Shown here one piece after another: positions 26,401-38,501 of a stretch of 64,000 bases of DNA. Made by a program: the position numbers and the translations under genes. The notes beneath the pieces were generated by a model, which was given only the letters and a program-made list of their open reading frames with translations, had not been told where the DNA came from and did no database searches. This DNA is from Hyaloraphidium curvatum SAG 235-1. Its lineage: Eukaryota; Fungi; Monoblepharomycota. The stretch lies in the NCBI GenBank assembly GCA_025558095.1, contig JAIVFI010000043.1:186001-250000 (forward strand), written 5' to 3'. How positions within the stretch are numbered: position 1 is the stretch's first letter; each line of letters begins with the position of its first letter.

Positions 26401-29123
26401 CGATCGTCGGCCTTCTTCTTGCTGAACGCCATGTCGATGAGTCCGCGGTCGTCGTCCGTGATCTTCTGGAAAGACTTTCGGTGCTTCTGCATGTTTGCAA
26501 AGTACTTCTTGGCGTCTTCGGACGTGCTGGTGCCAAGACCCTGTGACACGAGGCCGCGTCAATGGCACTCAGCGCATGCGCCCGGGCACTGACTTTGTAG
26601 TACTTGATCGTCCAGCCGCGACCGTTGTCGTTCGCCTCCCGCCACTTCTGGTATTCCGGAAGGGTGAAGAAGGAGATCTCCTTCTTGTCTTTGCCCTTGC
26701 CCTTCGTCGCCTTGGAAGACGGTCAGCCGATCTCACGAAGCGTACGACGGGAAACGGCCCGCACCTTGACGATCGGCGTGATGAACTCCTGGAGGAAGCC
26801 TTTGATGTTCAGCAGACTAGGCCAGAAGTGATCCAGGAAGTTGAGAATCAGGCCCTTGATGTGCGAACCGTCATGGTCCTATGCGAGGCGAGGGGTAAGC
26901 ACAGTTCGAGTGGCAGATGCCGTGTCAACGGTACCTGATCCGTCATGATCATGAGGTGCCCGTAGCGAAGACTGGACACGTCCTCGTACTTCTTGCCCTG
27001 CTGCAGCCCGAGGATCTGCTTGATGTGCTGGATCTCCTGGTTCTCCAGCAGCTGCTTCGAGTTGGCCTCCCTGACGTTGAGAAGCTTTCCGCGGAGCGGA
27101 AACACGCCGTAATCGTCCCTGCCCACGACAGAGAGCCCGCTGACAGCCAGAGCTTTGGCGGAATCACCTTCCGTCAGGATGAGGGTGCAACGGCCGGCGT
27201 TCTTCGTGCCGGCGTTGTTGGCGTCGTCGAGCTTGGCGATGCCGGAGATGCGGGACTTCTTGCTACCGTCCGTCTTCTTCATCTGCTGTTCCTGCTTGTA
27301 CTTTGCAAGGCTCAGCACGCTGTCGATGATGCCGGACTTGAGCACTGCGGCGGACGGGGTAAACGCATGGCCATGCTGGAATGGTCGCACGCTTGCCTTT
27401 CTTGACGAAATCCTCGCTCAGCGGGCACTTGGACCCGAAGGCACTGGCCCGCAGCGTCATGTTTTCCTTGGTCTGCGAGTCAAAGGTTGGGTTCTCCACC
27501 AGGCAGTTCACGAAAAGCCACATGTGGCTCTTGATCTGGAACGGCTTGAGCGGAGCTCCGTTCTTGTTCTTCTTGGACGCCGCCTCCTGGATCTTGGTGA
27601 CCAGCTGATCCGCGACGTAGGTGGTGTGCGTCCCGCCTTTGGACGTGAAGATGGAGTTGACGAAGCTGACCTGCTGGAACTGTCCCTCGCTGACCGCGAA
27701 CCCTACTTCCCAGCGGTCGTTCACCCGCTCGTAGATGAGAGGAGGCTTCGGGGACACCGTCTCGAGGTAGAGGTCGATGTACTGCTTGAAGTCCTTGACG
27801 CGCAAGCGCTCCCCGTTCAGCCACACCTGCGTGGACGCTGTAGCAAAGGACATCGCAGGCGAAGGCAGCAGCTCACCTTGACGTCCTTGATAGAGCCGCA
27901 CATGTCGTAAACCCTCCTCTTCAGCAGCGCCTCCAGATCCTCGTCCATGTGCGTCATGCCGAACTTTGACAGATCCGGCTTGAACGTGACCTTTGTCCAC
28001 TCGTCACCCTTGGCGTTGCTCGTGATGACCGGGTTATTGGTCTTCGACATATTGTTTTGGAAGACCTGCGCGCCTGTGTCACAAGGGGAGGCACCGACCC
28101 GTAGAGGCCAACCACCCACCTGCTTGTACTTCTTCATCGTGCTCTTGTCAGCAGTCTCGATGATGAACTCGTTGGAGAAGATGTTGCAGAGCTTGGCACC
28201 GTATCCGTTCCTCCCTCCGACGACCTTCTTCTCGGCGTCATCGTAGTTCGAGGACGTGAGGAGGTGGCCGAAGATGAGCTCGGGCACGTAGACGCCTTCC
28301 TTGGCATGCATCTCGATAGGGATACCACGGCCGTTGTTGTAGATGCTGATCACGTTGTTCTCCCGGTCGATGTCGACCTTCAGGGTGTCCATGTTGGGAT
28401 CCCGGATCTGGCAAAGCGTCAGCATCGCTCGACCTCGTCTCTACCAGAGAACGGACCTTGTTGTCGGCGGCGTCTGGGAACGGATGACGCGCGCACGAGG
28501 AAAGCGAGGTCCGGTAAGTGTTCCGGACTCCGGGAGCGGCCTGCTGCAGACTCACTGACGAGGATCTCGTCGAAGATCTTGTACAGCCCCGGAACGAAGC
28601 TCACGGGGCGGTGAACCATCTTGTTATCCGCGTCCAACACCCACATGGCCGTGGTCTGGCGTTCCACGGAGCCAATGTAGGTGTCTGGGCGGAGCAGGAT
28701 GTGTTCGAGCTGCGTCTTCTTCTGGTAGATGTCCTCGACGTTCTGCCCAGCAATTCATGGTGAGCAGCTTTACGGCGACAAGCAGAACTAGCCACCTTCT
28801 TTCCCTGAGCTCCCTCGGCCTTGGGCTCGGCCCGCGGGGGGGACGACTCCTGGGTGTGCATCGGGACCAGCGGCTCCTTGTGCGGTTTCGCCTCTGCTGG
28901 CTTCTTCTTTGCCGCCGGAGCCTTCTTTGGAGCAGCTTCCTTCGCCGCCTTGGGCGCCGCGGCCTTCTTCTTGGCAGCCTGGCGGCGGGGAGCGCGGGGT
29001 GAGGACGAACCGTCGCCGGGCCCCGCGGCGCCCACGCACGGGAACGAAGCCCTCCGAGCCGTCCGAGTCCGACGCAGCGAACGCGTCGCTCATGTCGTCC
29101 GAGTCATCGCTGTAGCGCGGCAT
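23432..29123 (-). CDS. TOP2: DNA topoisomerase II
   Basis: [93 protein letters not shown]. Many introns. Confidence 0.97.
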
Positions 29124-29532
29124 CCCGGCCGGCCACGGGACCCGGGCTGCTTCGAAGTGCGCGGAGCGAGGTGACAACCGTCCCCGCGACGATTCACGAA
29201 TCAACTGTCCCTCTCCCCCGCCCGGATGCCCATCCACCGTCGGATTTAGACTGATCGACACGGCGAAGGCATTCGCAAATGATGCCGAAATCCTATCCAC
29301 CCATTGTTGCACGTCGATCGTCCCGGGTAGCAGCTCATCGATCAAGGGCGAAGAGCGAGCAGCATCCGTGGGCCCAGCTCACACTAGAGAAGAGTAGAGA
29401 AGTGTGGTACCTGCACGTCGGTGTTGTTCCAGGAAAAGAGGCACTGCCTGTGGATGACTCAATCTGCAGCTGGCGCCTGCTCCCACCGCCCACGGTCACT
29501 CCCTTGGCACCGGCTCGACGCTTCCCCCAAGG

Positions 29533-30371
29533 ATGGCTGCCTTCGTCCGCCCGGCCGCCCTTCAGGCGCGGCGCTTTGCCTCTGCCGTCATCAAGGAGCC
29601 CGCCGCGAAGATGACCGCGGAGGAGGTCAACCACCTGCACCACGCCGTCTGTGAGTAGCGCCACCCGTGCCCGGGCGCCGCCCGCGCGGCAATCGCGCTG
29701 CGCCGCGGATGGCGTAGCAAGCGCCACATCGGAACTTGTCGCGCCCACCGGGATTGCGGCGGCGGCGCCGGATTGGAGCGTGCAGGCGGTGGTCCGTCGC
29801 CGGGGCCCGGAGCTCGCACGGGGTTTTCCTCCGGGCGTGCGTGCTGGACGGTGGCGGTCGACACGGAACGTGCCAAATAGGCGGCAATCTCTCTTCGTGC
29901 CGGGATTTGGGCGGTGCAGGCGAGCGAGAGGCTGACCCCTCCCCGCAGCCGGCGAGAAGCTCTGGAAGAACATCTCCACCTTCGTGGTGTTCCCCAGCCT
30001 TCTGGCCCTCGCCATCTTCGTGTACCGCAGGGAGACGGAGCACCTCAAGCACACCTTCGAGCACCCGCCCGAGTACAAGGCCTGGCCCCACCTGGGCATC
30101 CGCAAGTCGGTGCGTATCGGACCGCTGGTTTCGCGGTTTGCAGGCTCACTTCAACTTCCCTGCTTTCCTATGCACTGCTCGGCTGCAGGAGTTCCCCTGG
30201 CGCGACGGTGACAAGAGGTTGGTGTGGCCAGTTTTGCTTCCTCGTTCCATGTTAACAGGACCTGCATCGCAGCCTGTTCCACAACGACGTCACCAACCCT
30301 CGGTAAGCATTGGCATCAATGTGCGCTCGCGTTCGGTGCTAAACCCTAGGCGGAGTAGCCCCCCCAAGTAG
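29533..30371 (+). CDS. COX13: Cytochrome c oxidase subunit VIa
   Basis: Presequence MAAFVRPAALQARRFAS; LWKNIS..TM..EH..H..YKAWPHLGIRKSEFPWRDGDKSLFHN..TN. Last exon boundary uncertain. Confidence 0.85.
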
Positions 30372-30610
30372 ACCGGATAGCAGGGTGTATCAGGGAGCAC
30401 ACATGCCGTAAATTGACTGCCATTCAACGCTCCTCTTTAATATGCGACCACAGTCGGAGTCCTATGAATTGATCTGCGGTCCTCGAAGAAGTCGAATGTG
30501 GATGGATTGGCTGCGTCCTGCCGCTGGCCGGGGTGACGCGACCCAAAACCGCGCCCGAGATGGTGCCGACCTAAAGACACAAAGAGGAGGAATGGACTAG
30601 GTTCGCGGCG

Positions 30611-31834
30611 ATGGCTTTGGAGTTCTTGGAGGATTTTCTTGCCAGTACTGTCCGCCTGGCACCGCTCGCCTCGGATGCGTCAGCTCAGCGGCGTCCCGTC
30701 CCCCACGCGCTTGGCGGGGAACAGCTGTGGACAACCTTCCCTCGGAGATTCGGCACCACTTTTCGGAACTTAAGGAGAAGGACGTCATGTTTCAAGGTAG
30801 AAGGAGCCCCGGCACGTTGTTTCGGGGACGTTTGCTCGAGCTCCGGTGGTCCGAAACAGACCTGAAGAAGCAGATATTGAAGGAAGCGCAGGGGCTGCAG
30901 AAGACTCCGGTGAACGATTCGACCCTGCAGAGGGAAGAGGATCTTGCCAGCGTCATTCGCAAGGACTTTCTGCAAGCCAAGGTTCTCGTGGACGAGAAGA
31001 TTGATATCGCGGACCGGACTCTGGCCTTGGTACGGTCGGCGGCCTTTCCGGACTGGGCAACAAGCTGACGACGGCATGAATTGTCGTGCCCACTTTACGC
31101 CGGCACTGCAGCTGGAATCTCATATCCGGCGCCTCGATGGGGAGCTGCAGCGGTTTCAATTTGACTTCGACGCACCTCTGGTTCTGCAGGAGGATCGGGA
31201 CCAACCGACGTACGAGATGGACGAGCTGATGAGCATGTTCACTAGTGGTGCGGAACGTTTGGGTTCGATTTCGCGAGGAACGACTTCGATTGATTCGACG
31301 ATAGCACAACCGTCGGCCGTCGCGTACGACTCTTTGGCATTCACGCTGGGAGCTTCGCCAAACCCGAGCAACAAGAGTTGGTGGATCCTTGGGCTCGCGG
31401 AACGGGGCGTTTACTTGGTTTATTTCCGCAGAGCGGAAAGCGGCGCCGCCAGCCGCGGCCGTGAAGGGGCCATCCAACAAGAAGCGGCGAAGAGAGGATG
31501 AGTACGATGACGGATACCTGGATGGCTTTCTCAAGGTGGAGGACGATGATTTGGAGGAGGAGCCGGTATACTGCATCTGCCAGAGGGTGTCTTTCGGCGA
31601 CATGGTTGGCTGCGACAACGCGGGGGTGAGCGCCGTCGGAACCTCTTGCGCCTTGTTGGCCCTAACTTGGCGCTCCAGCAGTGCCCTTACGGAGAGTGGT
31701 TCCATTACGAATGTGTCGGGTTGCGAGAACCTCCTAAAGGGGCGTGGTTCTGCCCGCAGTGTCGATCCGCGGCACTCTATACGAACGCCGGCAGCTATGC
31801 CGGTGCGGACAACAAGAAGAAGAGAAGGCACTGA
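30611..31834 (+). CDS. ING-family PHD finger protein (Yng2/Pho23-like)
   Basis: [78 protein letters not shown]. Confidence 0.9.
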
Positions 31835-31885
31835 AGGCCGTGGATCCCTAATGCTGATTGATTGATCATCTCGTGTACATACTGA

Positions 31886-32562
31886 TTATCTCCTGTCTAA
31901 CATGGTGCAGTTTGCTGGTGGTTTCGGTACGCAAGCGCCGGGAGCCGCGACACTCTTGTCCAGCAAGAAACCGCCGTCGCATTTGAGGAAGCATTCGGCC
32001 GATGCCGTATCGTAGAGTCCCAAAGCTCCATGGAGATCGGGGTTCGGGGGCCCGCCGCAGCCGGCGACGCCAGACGGATATGCCGGTGCCCACACGTACG
32101 CTGTCATTAAGAACGTTACTGGGGTCCGCTGAAAAGCTCTAGAGGCCGTACCGTTGGCGATCCCAGCCAGCATGATCAGAGACGCCCCCAAGCCCAGGAT
32201 AAGCCTTCGAAAGACGCCAAATCAGGGGACGAGCAATGGGAGGCGCAAAAGAATCCCACCATTTGAACTTTGGATCTAGATCGCCCAGCCGATACCACCG
32301 CACCTGGTCGCCACGAGCGGAATCAGGGCCGCGGCAAGGAAGCTGCAGCCAGAGCTTGACCCACGAGCTGAACTTCACACGAGGCCAAAAGAGCCAAGAC
32401 AATCCCCAAGAAAAAGTGGGCAGCTGCCTTTCCGGTGTTCACAATGCAGAAAAGAACGGTGATCCCGACAAAGGCGATGGTGACTCCCGAGACGACGTTC
32501 TCCAAGAGCTTGTCGCGCCGCGATGCCCCCTGGAACCCGCCAAAGAGCGGTTCTTCCGCCAT
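31886..32562 (-). CDS. Hypothetical small membrane protein
   Basis: Hydrophobic ORF segments (VVSGVTIAFVGITVLFCIV, FFLGIVLALLA, LGASLIMLAGIA) and a Cys-rich C-terminus. Exon structure unresolved. Confidence 0.35.
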
Positions 32563-32741
32563 ATTCGCAAACGCACGCCAGTAAACGCGTTTCCGCGGTT
32601 GTTATCGTCGCCTCCGAGGTCACTCTCAGAAGCCGACGAGATTGCTCCGACTCGCGCGAGTTGCATTCAGAAGTCTCTGGGGTCGTTTGGACAGGAAACC
32701 TAGCGGAAACCACTGATTTGGGGACATGGGCCGGATTGGCG

Positions 32742-33624
32742 ATGGACTCCGGCAGCGATGATCCTCCGCAAGACCCCGTGGATACCAACGCGCCGTTCCA
32801 AACCGTGGAAGACAAACGGAGATGGATCGTGGCCATGCGCCTGAAGGTCTTGATGGAAGTCATCGCCAGGTTGCCGGTTTATTGAACCTCGGACGTCAGT
32901 TCTGCCGGACAGACCACATCGGAAACGCCGACCCGACCAACCCCCTGGTTCTGGAGGACGGGAGCATCAATCAGGAGTTGGTTCGGTCCTCACCATATTA
33001 AATTGCCTCCTCACTGCTCCCGAAGCTATTTTCGGTCTCTGGCGGAGCCTGTAGAGTCTGCTTCACGCGTATGGAGAGCCGAGGAACGCGGGCTTCTCAT
33101 CCGCGGCATCGCCAAGCACGGCATCGGACACTTTCGCGAGATTGCCGAAGACGAAGAACTGCGGCCTTTGTCGTATTGGGTACAATGCGGCTTCTTGGCT
33201 CTTTGTTCGCCTCGAACTAAGCATCGCGCGCCTGGCCGCAGTCTCCAAACGATCTTCGAATCAAGGCCATGCGGCTGATTGGAAGGCAGAACCTTGCACG
33301 ATACCGGGATTGGAAGGGTGAGGAGGGGGCTATCACGGCGGAATGGAATCGCAATCGGTTGGTTGGTCGATGGATTTCCCGTTCACCTCGGCTGAGCCGT
33401 TTCATCAAGACGAATAGGGACAGCACTCGGCGCATGGTTGTTGAATATCGCGTGTGCCGCATCACGGTCATCTGACTTGCAGGTCTCTTTCCAGGAAGGG
33501 GAGCACGCTGGTGAGTGACGAGAAAGGGCTGGTCGAGCAGGTGATCGTGAGGACGGACGCCGGCGAGGATCTGGAGTTCGTTCTAGCGGATGTAATGGGA
33601 ATGCCGGCTGCAACGAAGGTGTAG
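32742..33624 (+). CDS. Myb/HTH-like protein, probable p2 subunit of the MTA1/AMT1 6mA methyltransferase complex
   Basis: Spliced WIVAMRLKF..LEDGSINQDYF..WRAEERGLLIRGIAKHGIGHFREI..WSPNDLRIKAMRLIGRQNL..YRDWKG..NRRIG..GAWKGSTLVSDEKG. The pattern matches my recollection of ciliate p2 (MR..LEDGALN.SYF..W..LQRGIELFGVGNWKEI). Confidence 0.6.
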
Positions 33625-33730
33625 ATTCATCGGAAACCCGAGTAGCTTTGACGTCGGCGGTGACGGGTGCGGCGGGACCCACAGCTCCAGCGATCCGCAA
33701 AAGAACTCCTCCCCGGTCGCGACCGCCGAA

Positions 33731-34712
33731 ATGCGAGGCCGGAAGAAGAACTACCGAGGAAGCGGGCACAAGTTTTCGAAGAACTTGGCGCCGTTGCAGT
33801 TCGATGCCGATGGGAACCTGATAGAGGACGAGAAGGACAAGGAGGAACCGAAGAAGCGGCGCGGAGCGCGTCCAGCCGGCCAGGGCGGGGATGAGGACGA
33901 CGAGAGCGGCAGCGACAGCGACGAAGACTCGGAAGAGTCCTCGGATGAGGAGGGAAGCTCTGAGGAGGACAGTTCCGGGGAAAAGCCGGACGGGGCCGGC
34001 AAGCAGCCGAAAGCTGCACCGGGCGGGAGTGCCGCGCTCATCGAGATCAGCAATCCGAACCGGGCCAAGAAGAGCGCGAAGCTTTCGGATCTTGGTAAAC
34101 CGGCGGGCGATGGAGACACACATGCCGACGAAGCCGGCTTTCGCAAGGATGGTCAGATGAGCAGGCGCGAGAGGTTCGGTCTCCGCGTCGAGCTGATGCC
34201 CAGGTCGGATCTCATGACCGGACCGCGACAGGGAGGCAGCAGAGAAGGAGCGCGCCAAGGAAGCCTACTGGAAGGCACACTTGGCAGGTGAATCGAGTGC
34301 GAATAGCACCTTTTCTCTTGACCTCACGGTTGCCACGGCTTGCAGGACAAACCGAGCAAGCGAGGGCTGACATGGCGAGGTTAGCGCTGATCCGCAAGCA
34401 GAGGGAGGAAGCCGCCCAGAGGAGAGAAGCCGAGCAACAGGGTAAGATCGCCGCGCCCCGGCGCTGTGTTGTGTCACTTACGGGGGCCGACCAGCCAAAA
34501 CCGCCTCGAAAACGGCTTCGCGAAACACGTCATTGGCCTCCAACAAGGCGATTGTGACGGCTCGAGTCGGGAACCTCGGCAAGGACCAGCCTGCCGCGGA
34601 AGAACCTGCGGCAGCCCCCGCGGCCCCCGCAGCGTCGGCTCGGGGCGGTTCCACGGCCGGTGCCGCCAACAGGGGTGGCAAGGCGTCGACCGGGACCCGA
34701 ACAAAGACGTGA
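33731..34712 (+). CDS. PDAP1/HASPP28 (casein kinase substrate PP28) family
   Basis: Acidic tract, [48 protein letters not shown]. Confidence 0.85.
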
Positions 34713-34983
34713 ATAGACAGCTGGCTCTCATTGACATCGTGAGACCGTGATCAAGGCCCCTGCGACTGGGCACTGGGCTGGGTTACCGGCAGGCGATGTA
34801 CATTGCCATTGCTGGGTGCGCTGGGTTGCCGGCTGGCGGCGTCCATCACCATTACGGGGGCCCCGACAACGTCCTCGGTGTTGAACGTGGAGCCGCATCG
34901 CGCAGAAAGGCCGGAGTCGGGGTGCTTGGATGCTTTCACAATGCCACCATATAGCCCAACCCTCCCTTTAAACCGGTATTTTA

Positions 34984-35076
34984 GCCCTTGTAGCTCAGTG
35001 GATTGAGAGCGCCTGGCTTCTAGCGTCTGCTACGCACGATACCAGGCGGTCGAAGGTTCGAACCCTTCCTGGGGCG
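34984..35076 (+). tRNA. tRNA-Arg(TCT) with 18-nt intron (35023-35040)
   Basis: Acceptor GCCCTTG/CTGGGGC, A-box TAGCTCAGTGG, anticodon stem CCTGG/CCAGG with CT-TCT-A loop, intron after position 37, T-arm GAAGG-TTCGAAC-CCTTC. Confidence 0.9.
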
Positions 35077-35263
35077 ACGCAGCAGCACTCCCAGATGGCG
35101 GAGGTTGACTGTTTTGCCCATCCTCTGCCATGACCTGACACCTGCCATGGCACCGTCCTGTGCGCGGCATTTTGCGGATCACCATCTGTAAGCCATCCCT
35201 CTGCTGGGCACCTCATCCCCTGCAGGAACCTTGGAGAGGAAGCTCAGGACCAGGATGTTCCCC

Positions 35264-36051
35264 TAGAATAGAATAGTGGAATAGCATTGGTGACCCGGAC
35301 CTGCCCCGGGCTTGGCCGCTGTTACACCATCAGTTTGCTGCTAATTTGAAGTCTGTTGTTTTGCATCTTTTTCATTTTCCCAGTTTTCTGTCCTTCATGG
35401 ACTTTGAAATGAAGCTGGCAATGGAGTTGAGGGCCTTCTCCTTTCGCCGCCTCACTTTGATCGTGGGCTCGGACTCCTTGATGCTACATCCTCCAAAAGT
35501 GCAGTTTGTCGTTGTCCTTGAGCCTCTGGGCATTGATCTCCCTGAACTTGCCCTTCACAAGATTCTCCACAGTCTCCTTGGGCCATGAGAAAGTGTCCTT
35601 CTCCCACATCTCCCTCCCATCTTCGCCGCCATAGTATACAAGTAGTTCCCTCAGGAAGGCAGCCCAGTTCCAGGACCCCTTCAGTGCCTCGATCTTGAGC
35701 TCTTTGTAAAGTAGGTACAGCGCAGGATCCGCTGTTTTGATGCGCATGAGGAACTTGAGTGCCGACTCGTGGTCATGAACTGCAAGGGGGCGGGTACTGG
35801 CCAGTGATTGCATACAGACAGGCCAGGGAGGTAGACTTGGGCAGATGAGTGACGGCACGAAGAGCCATGCATGTCACTTTGTCCCTGGTGCTTTCCCCGG
35901 CAAGGTACTCCTCCTTCGGCATCTCAACAATTACTATTCTATTCTATTCTATTCTATTCTATTCTAGCCTGGGATGAGTCCTGACCTCCAGCTCAAGCTC
36001 TACAACACAAAGGTCAAGGCAGTGGGCCAATATGGGAACCCGTTCATTGTT
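35264..36051 (-). mobile_element. LINE copy A: 5'-truncated, ~290-bp internal deletion at ~35486, 5' inversion (35966-36051)
   Basis: Shares the 3' end (GAATA tail + ttggtgacccggacc..) and ORF2 C-terminus with copies B and D. 35966-36051 is the reverse complement of B 37005-37090. Confidence 0.85.
35934..35963 (+). repeat. (CTATT)6 microsatellite equal to the LINE 3' tail
   Basis: Directly visible; it is the sense form of the GAATA repeats at every LINE 3' end. Confidence 0.95.
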
Positions 36052-36062
36052 TTTTTGGAGGC

Positions 36063-37960
36063 ATAGTATAGTATTGGTGACCCGGACCTGCCCCTGGCTT
36101 GGCCGCTGTTACACCATGAGTTTGCTGCTAATTGCAAAGTTCATCGTCGTCGTGTGTCTTTTTCATTTTCCCAGTTTTCCTGTCCTTCATGGACTTTGAG
36201 ATGAAGCTGGCAATGGAGTTGAGGGCCTTCTCCTTCTGCCGCCTCGCTTTGATCGTGGGCTCGAACTCCTTGATGCTAAGAGCCCAGAGCCAGGTCTCCA
36301 TGTTCCACTCGCGGCCTAGTGCTTCCAATCTAGTCTGCAGCTTCTGGCGCCGCTCCGCATTTGCTGAACAGTGAAACAGAAAGTGTTGTTCGTCTCCAAT
36401 GTGCTCAGGGTCATGCTTGCACGTTCTCTGCTGCACCTCAAGTCCTTGGTGCCTGCCTGTCTCCACCTCCAGGTCGTGGGTAGAGCACAGCAACTTTTGG
36501 ACATCCCTCCGGTGCTTCTCCACCCGGATCAGGGATGGTCCGATGTGGCCAAAGGTCATGTCACACATCCTCCAAAAGTGCAGTTTGTCGTTGTCCTTGA
36601 GCCTCTGGGCATTGATCTCCCTGAACTTGCCCTTCACAAGATTCTCCACAGTCTCCTTGGGCCATGAGAAAGTGTCCTTCTCCCACATCTCCCTCCCATC
36701 TTCGCCGCCATAGTATACAAGTAGTTCCCTCAGGAAGGCAGCCCAGTTCCAGGACCCCTTCAGTGCCTCGATCTTGAGCTCTTTGTAAAGTAGGTACAGC
36801 GCAGGATCCGCTGTTTTGATGCGCATGAGGAACTTGAGTGCCGACTCGTGGTCATGAACTGCAAGGGGGCGGGTACTGGCCAGTGATCGCATACAGACAG
36901 GCCAGGGAGGTAGACTTGGGCAGATGAGTGACGGCACGAAGAGCTATGCAAGTCACTTTGTCCCTGGTGCTTTCCCCGGCAACGTACTCCTCCTTCGGCA
37001 TCTCAACAATGAAGGGGTTCCCATATTGGCCCAATGCCTTGACCTTCGTGTTGTAGAGCTTGAGTTGGAGGTCAGGACTCATCCCAGGCTGCTCCCTGAT
37101 GTCGCGGAACCAGAGCCCATAAGCAGCATTCATCTTAGCCTCCCTGCCATGCACATGGTCCTTGTTCCGCCCTTTTGAGGTGAGCTGGTACCCCAGAAGC
37201 TTGAAGCTGTCGAACCTCTTCAGCTCCTGGCCCCTGTACAGGAGCTTCACACGGTGGGGTGCCCTCCTGGCCATCCACTCTGTTTTGCTGATGTTGTCTC
37301 CAGCCCATTGGCACTGGCATAGCAGACAAAAGATCCAGCTGCATCTTGGCATCCTTCAGCGTCTTCGACATCAAAGTGGTGTCGTCTGCAAAGAACAAAG
37401 CCAGCAAGCTGACCATCCTCTCCTGATCCTCCTCCTCCTCAAACACCATGCCCAGATCCATCCCTTTTGCACCATTGGCCTCTACTCTATGAAAGCAGTG
37501 ATGTCGTTGATGAACGAGATGAAGAACAGCGATGAGAGTGGGTCCCCCTGCTTCACTCCAGTTAGGAACTTGATGAAGTCCGACTTGGTGCCGTCCTCAT
37601 CCCGGATCCTTCCCCACACCTGCCCAAACGCCATCTCGAACATATCAACAACCTGTTTGGGTACACCCATCTCCTCCAGCTTCCTCCACAACCTCGGGCC
37701 CTCCACCGTGTCAAAGGCCTTTGTGAATCCACAAACACCACGATCAGCTTCTCCTTGCGTGCCTTGGCCAAGGAAGAGAGTGCCTCAGCGAGGAGTACTG
37801 CATGAAGGGTCGACCTCCATGCACGGAATCCAAACTGCGAGTCTCCCAGCAGCTTGTTGCACTAAGCCCAGGGAGCTAGCCAAAGCGTTCCAGTGTCTGG
37901 CCCTAGTCTTCCATGTTGATGCCGTTGAGCACGTTGTGGAGGAGGTTGACAGAACCCGCA
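36063..37960 (-). mobile_element. LINE copy B, degenerate RT + C-terminal domain
   Basis: GVKQGDPLSSLFF, LFFADD, HDLEVETGR..RTC..DEQHFLFHC; frameshifts and stops. Confidence 0.9.
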
Positions 37961-38050
37961 TGAAAATCGTCCCTGTGACCTGGTAATGGTGCTTGGGACC
38001 GGAGCCGCCATTTTCGCTTGTAGAACTGAGCTGCTGGCTGCAAGGGGCAG

Positions 38051-38501
38051 CCAGGCGGTCTGAAGGTTCGAACCCTTCCTGGGGCGCAGCAGCAGCACTC
38101 CCAGCTGGCGGAGGCCGACTGTTTTGCCCATCCTCTGCCATGATGACCTGACACCTGCCATGGCACCGTCCTGTGCGCGGCATTTTGCGGATCACCATCT
38201 GTAAGCCATCCCTCTGCTGGGCACCTCATCCCCACAGGAACCTTGGAGAGGAAGCTCAGGACCAGGATGAAATTCCCCTAGAATAGAATAGTGGAATAGC
38301 ATTGGTGACCCGGACCTGCCCCGGGCTTGGCCGCTGTTACACCATCAGTTTGCTGCCAATTTGAAGTCTGTTGTTGTGCATCTTTTTCATTTTCCCAGTT
38401 TTCTGTCCTTCGTGGACTTTGAAATGAAGCTGGCAATGGAGTTGAGGGCCTTCTCCTTTCGCCGCCTCACTTTGATCGTGGGCTCGGACTCCTTGATGCT
38501 A
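38051..38501 (+). repeat. Duplicate of 35042-35486 (tRNA-Arg 3' half + ~190 bp + LINE 3' end)
   Basis: ccaggcggtc(t)gaaggttcgaacccttcctggggcg and the following ~400 bp recur with scattered substitutions. Confidence 0.9.

Noticed and set aside
34984-35076. tRNA-Sec, or the primer tRNA of the neighbouring Copia
   Set aside because: The anticodon is TCT with a short variable loop; the Copia PBS reads CTT (Lys), not TCT.
35077-35262. Fragment of a LINE apurinic endonuclease on the minus strand (..YRW..RK..GR.HG..)
   Set aside because: Too short and frame-broken to support without an alignment.
34984-35486. tRNA head + LINE tail as a canonical SINE
   Set aside because: The LINE end is antisense to the tRNA, and the tRNA looks intact with its intron.
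35934-35963. (CTATT)n as an interstitial telomere or satellite
   Set aside because: It matches the LINE tail found at all five 3' ends.
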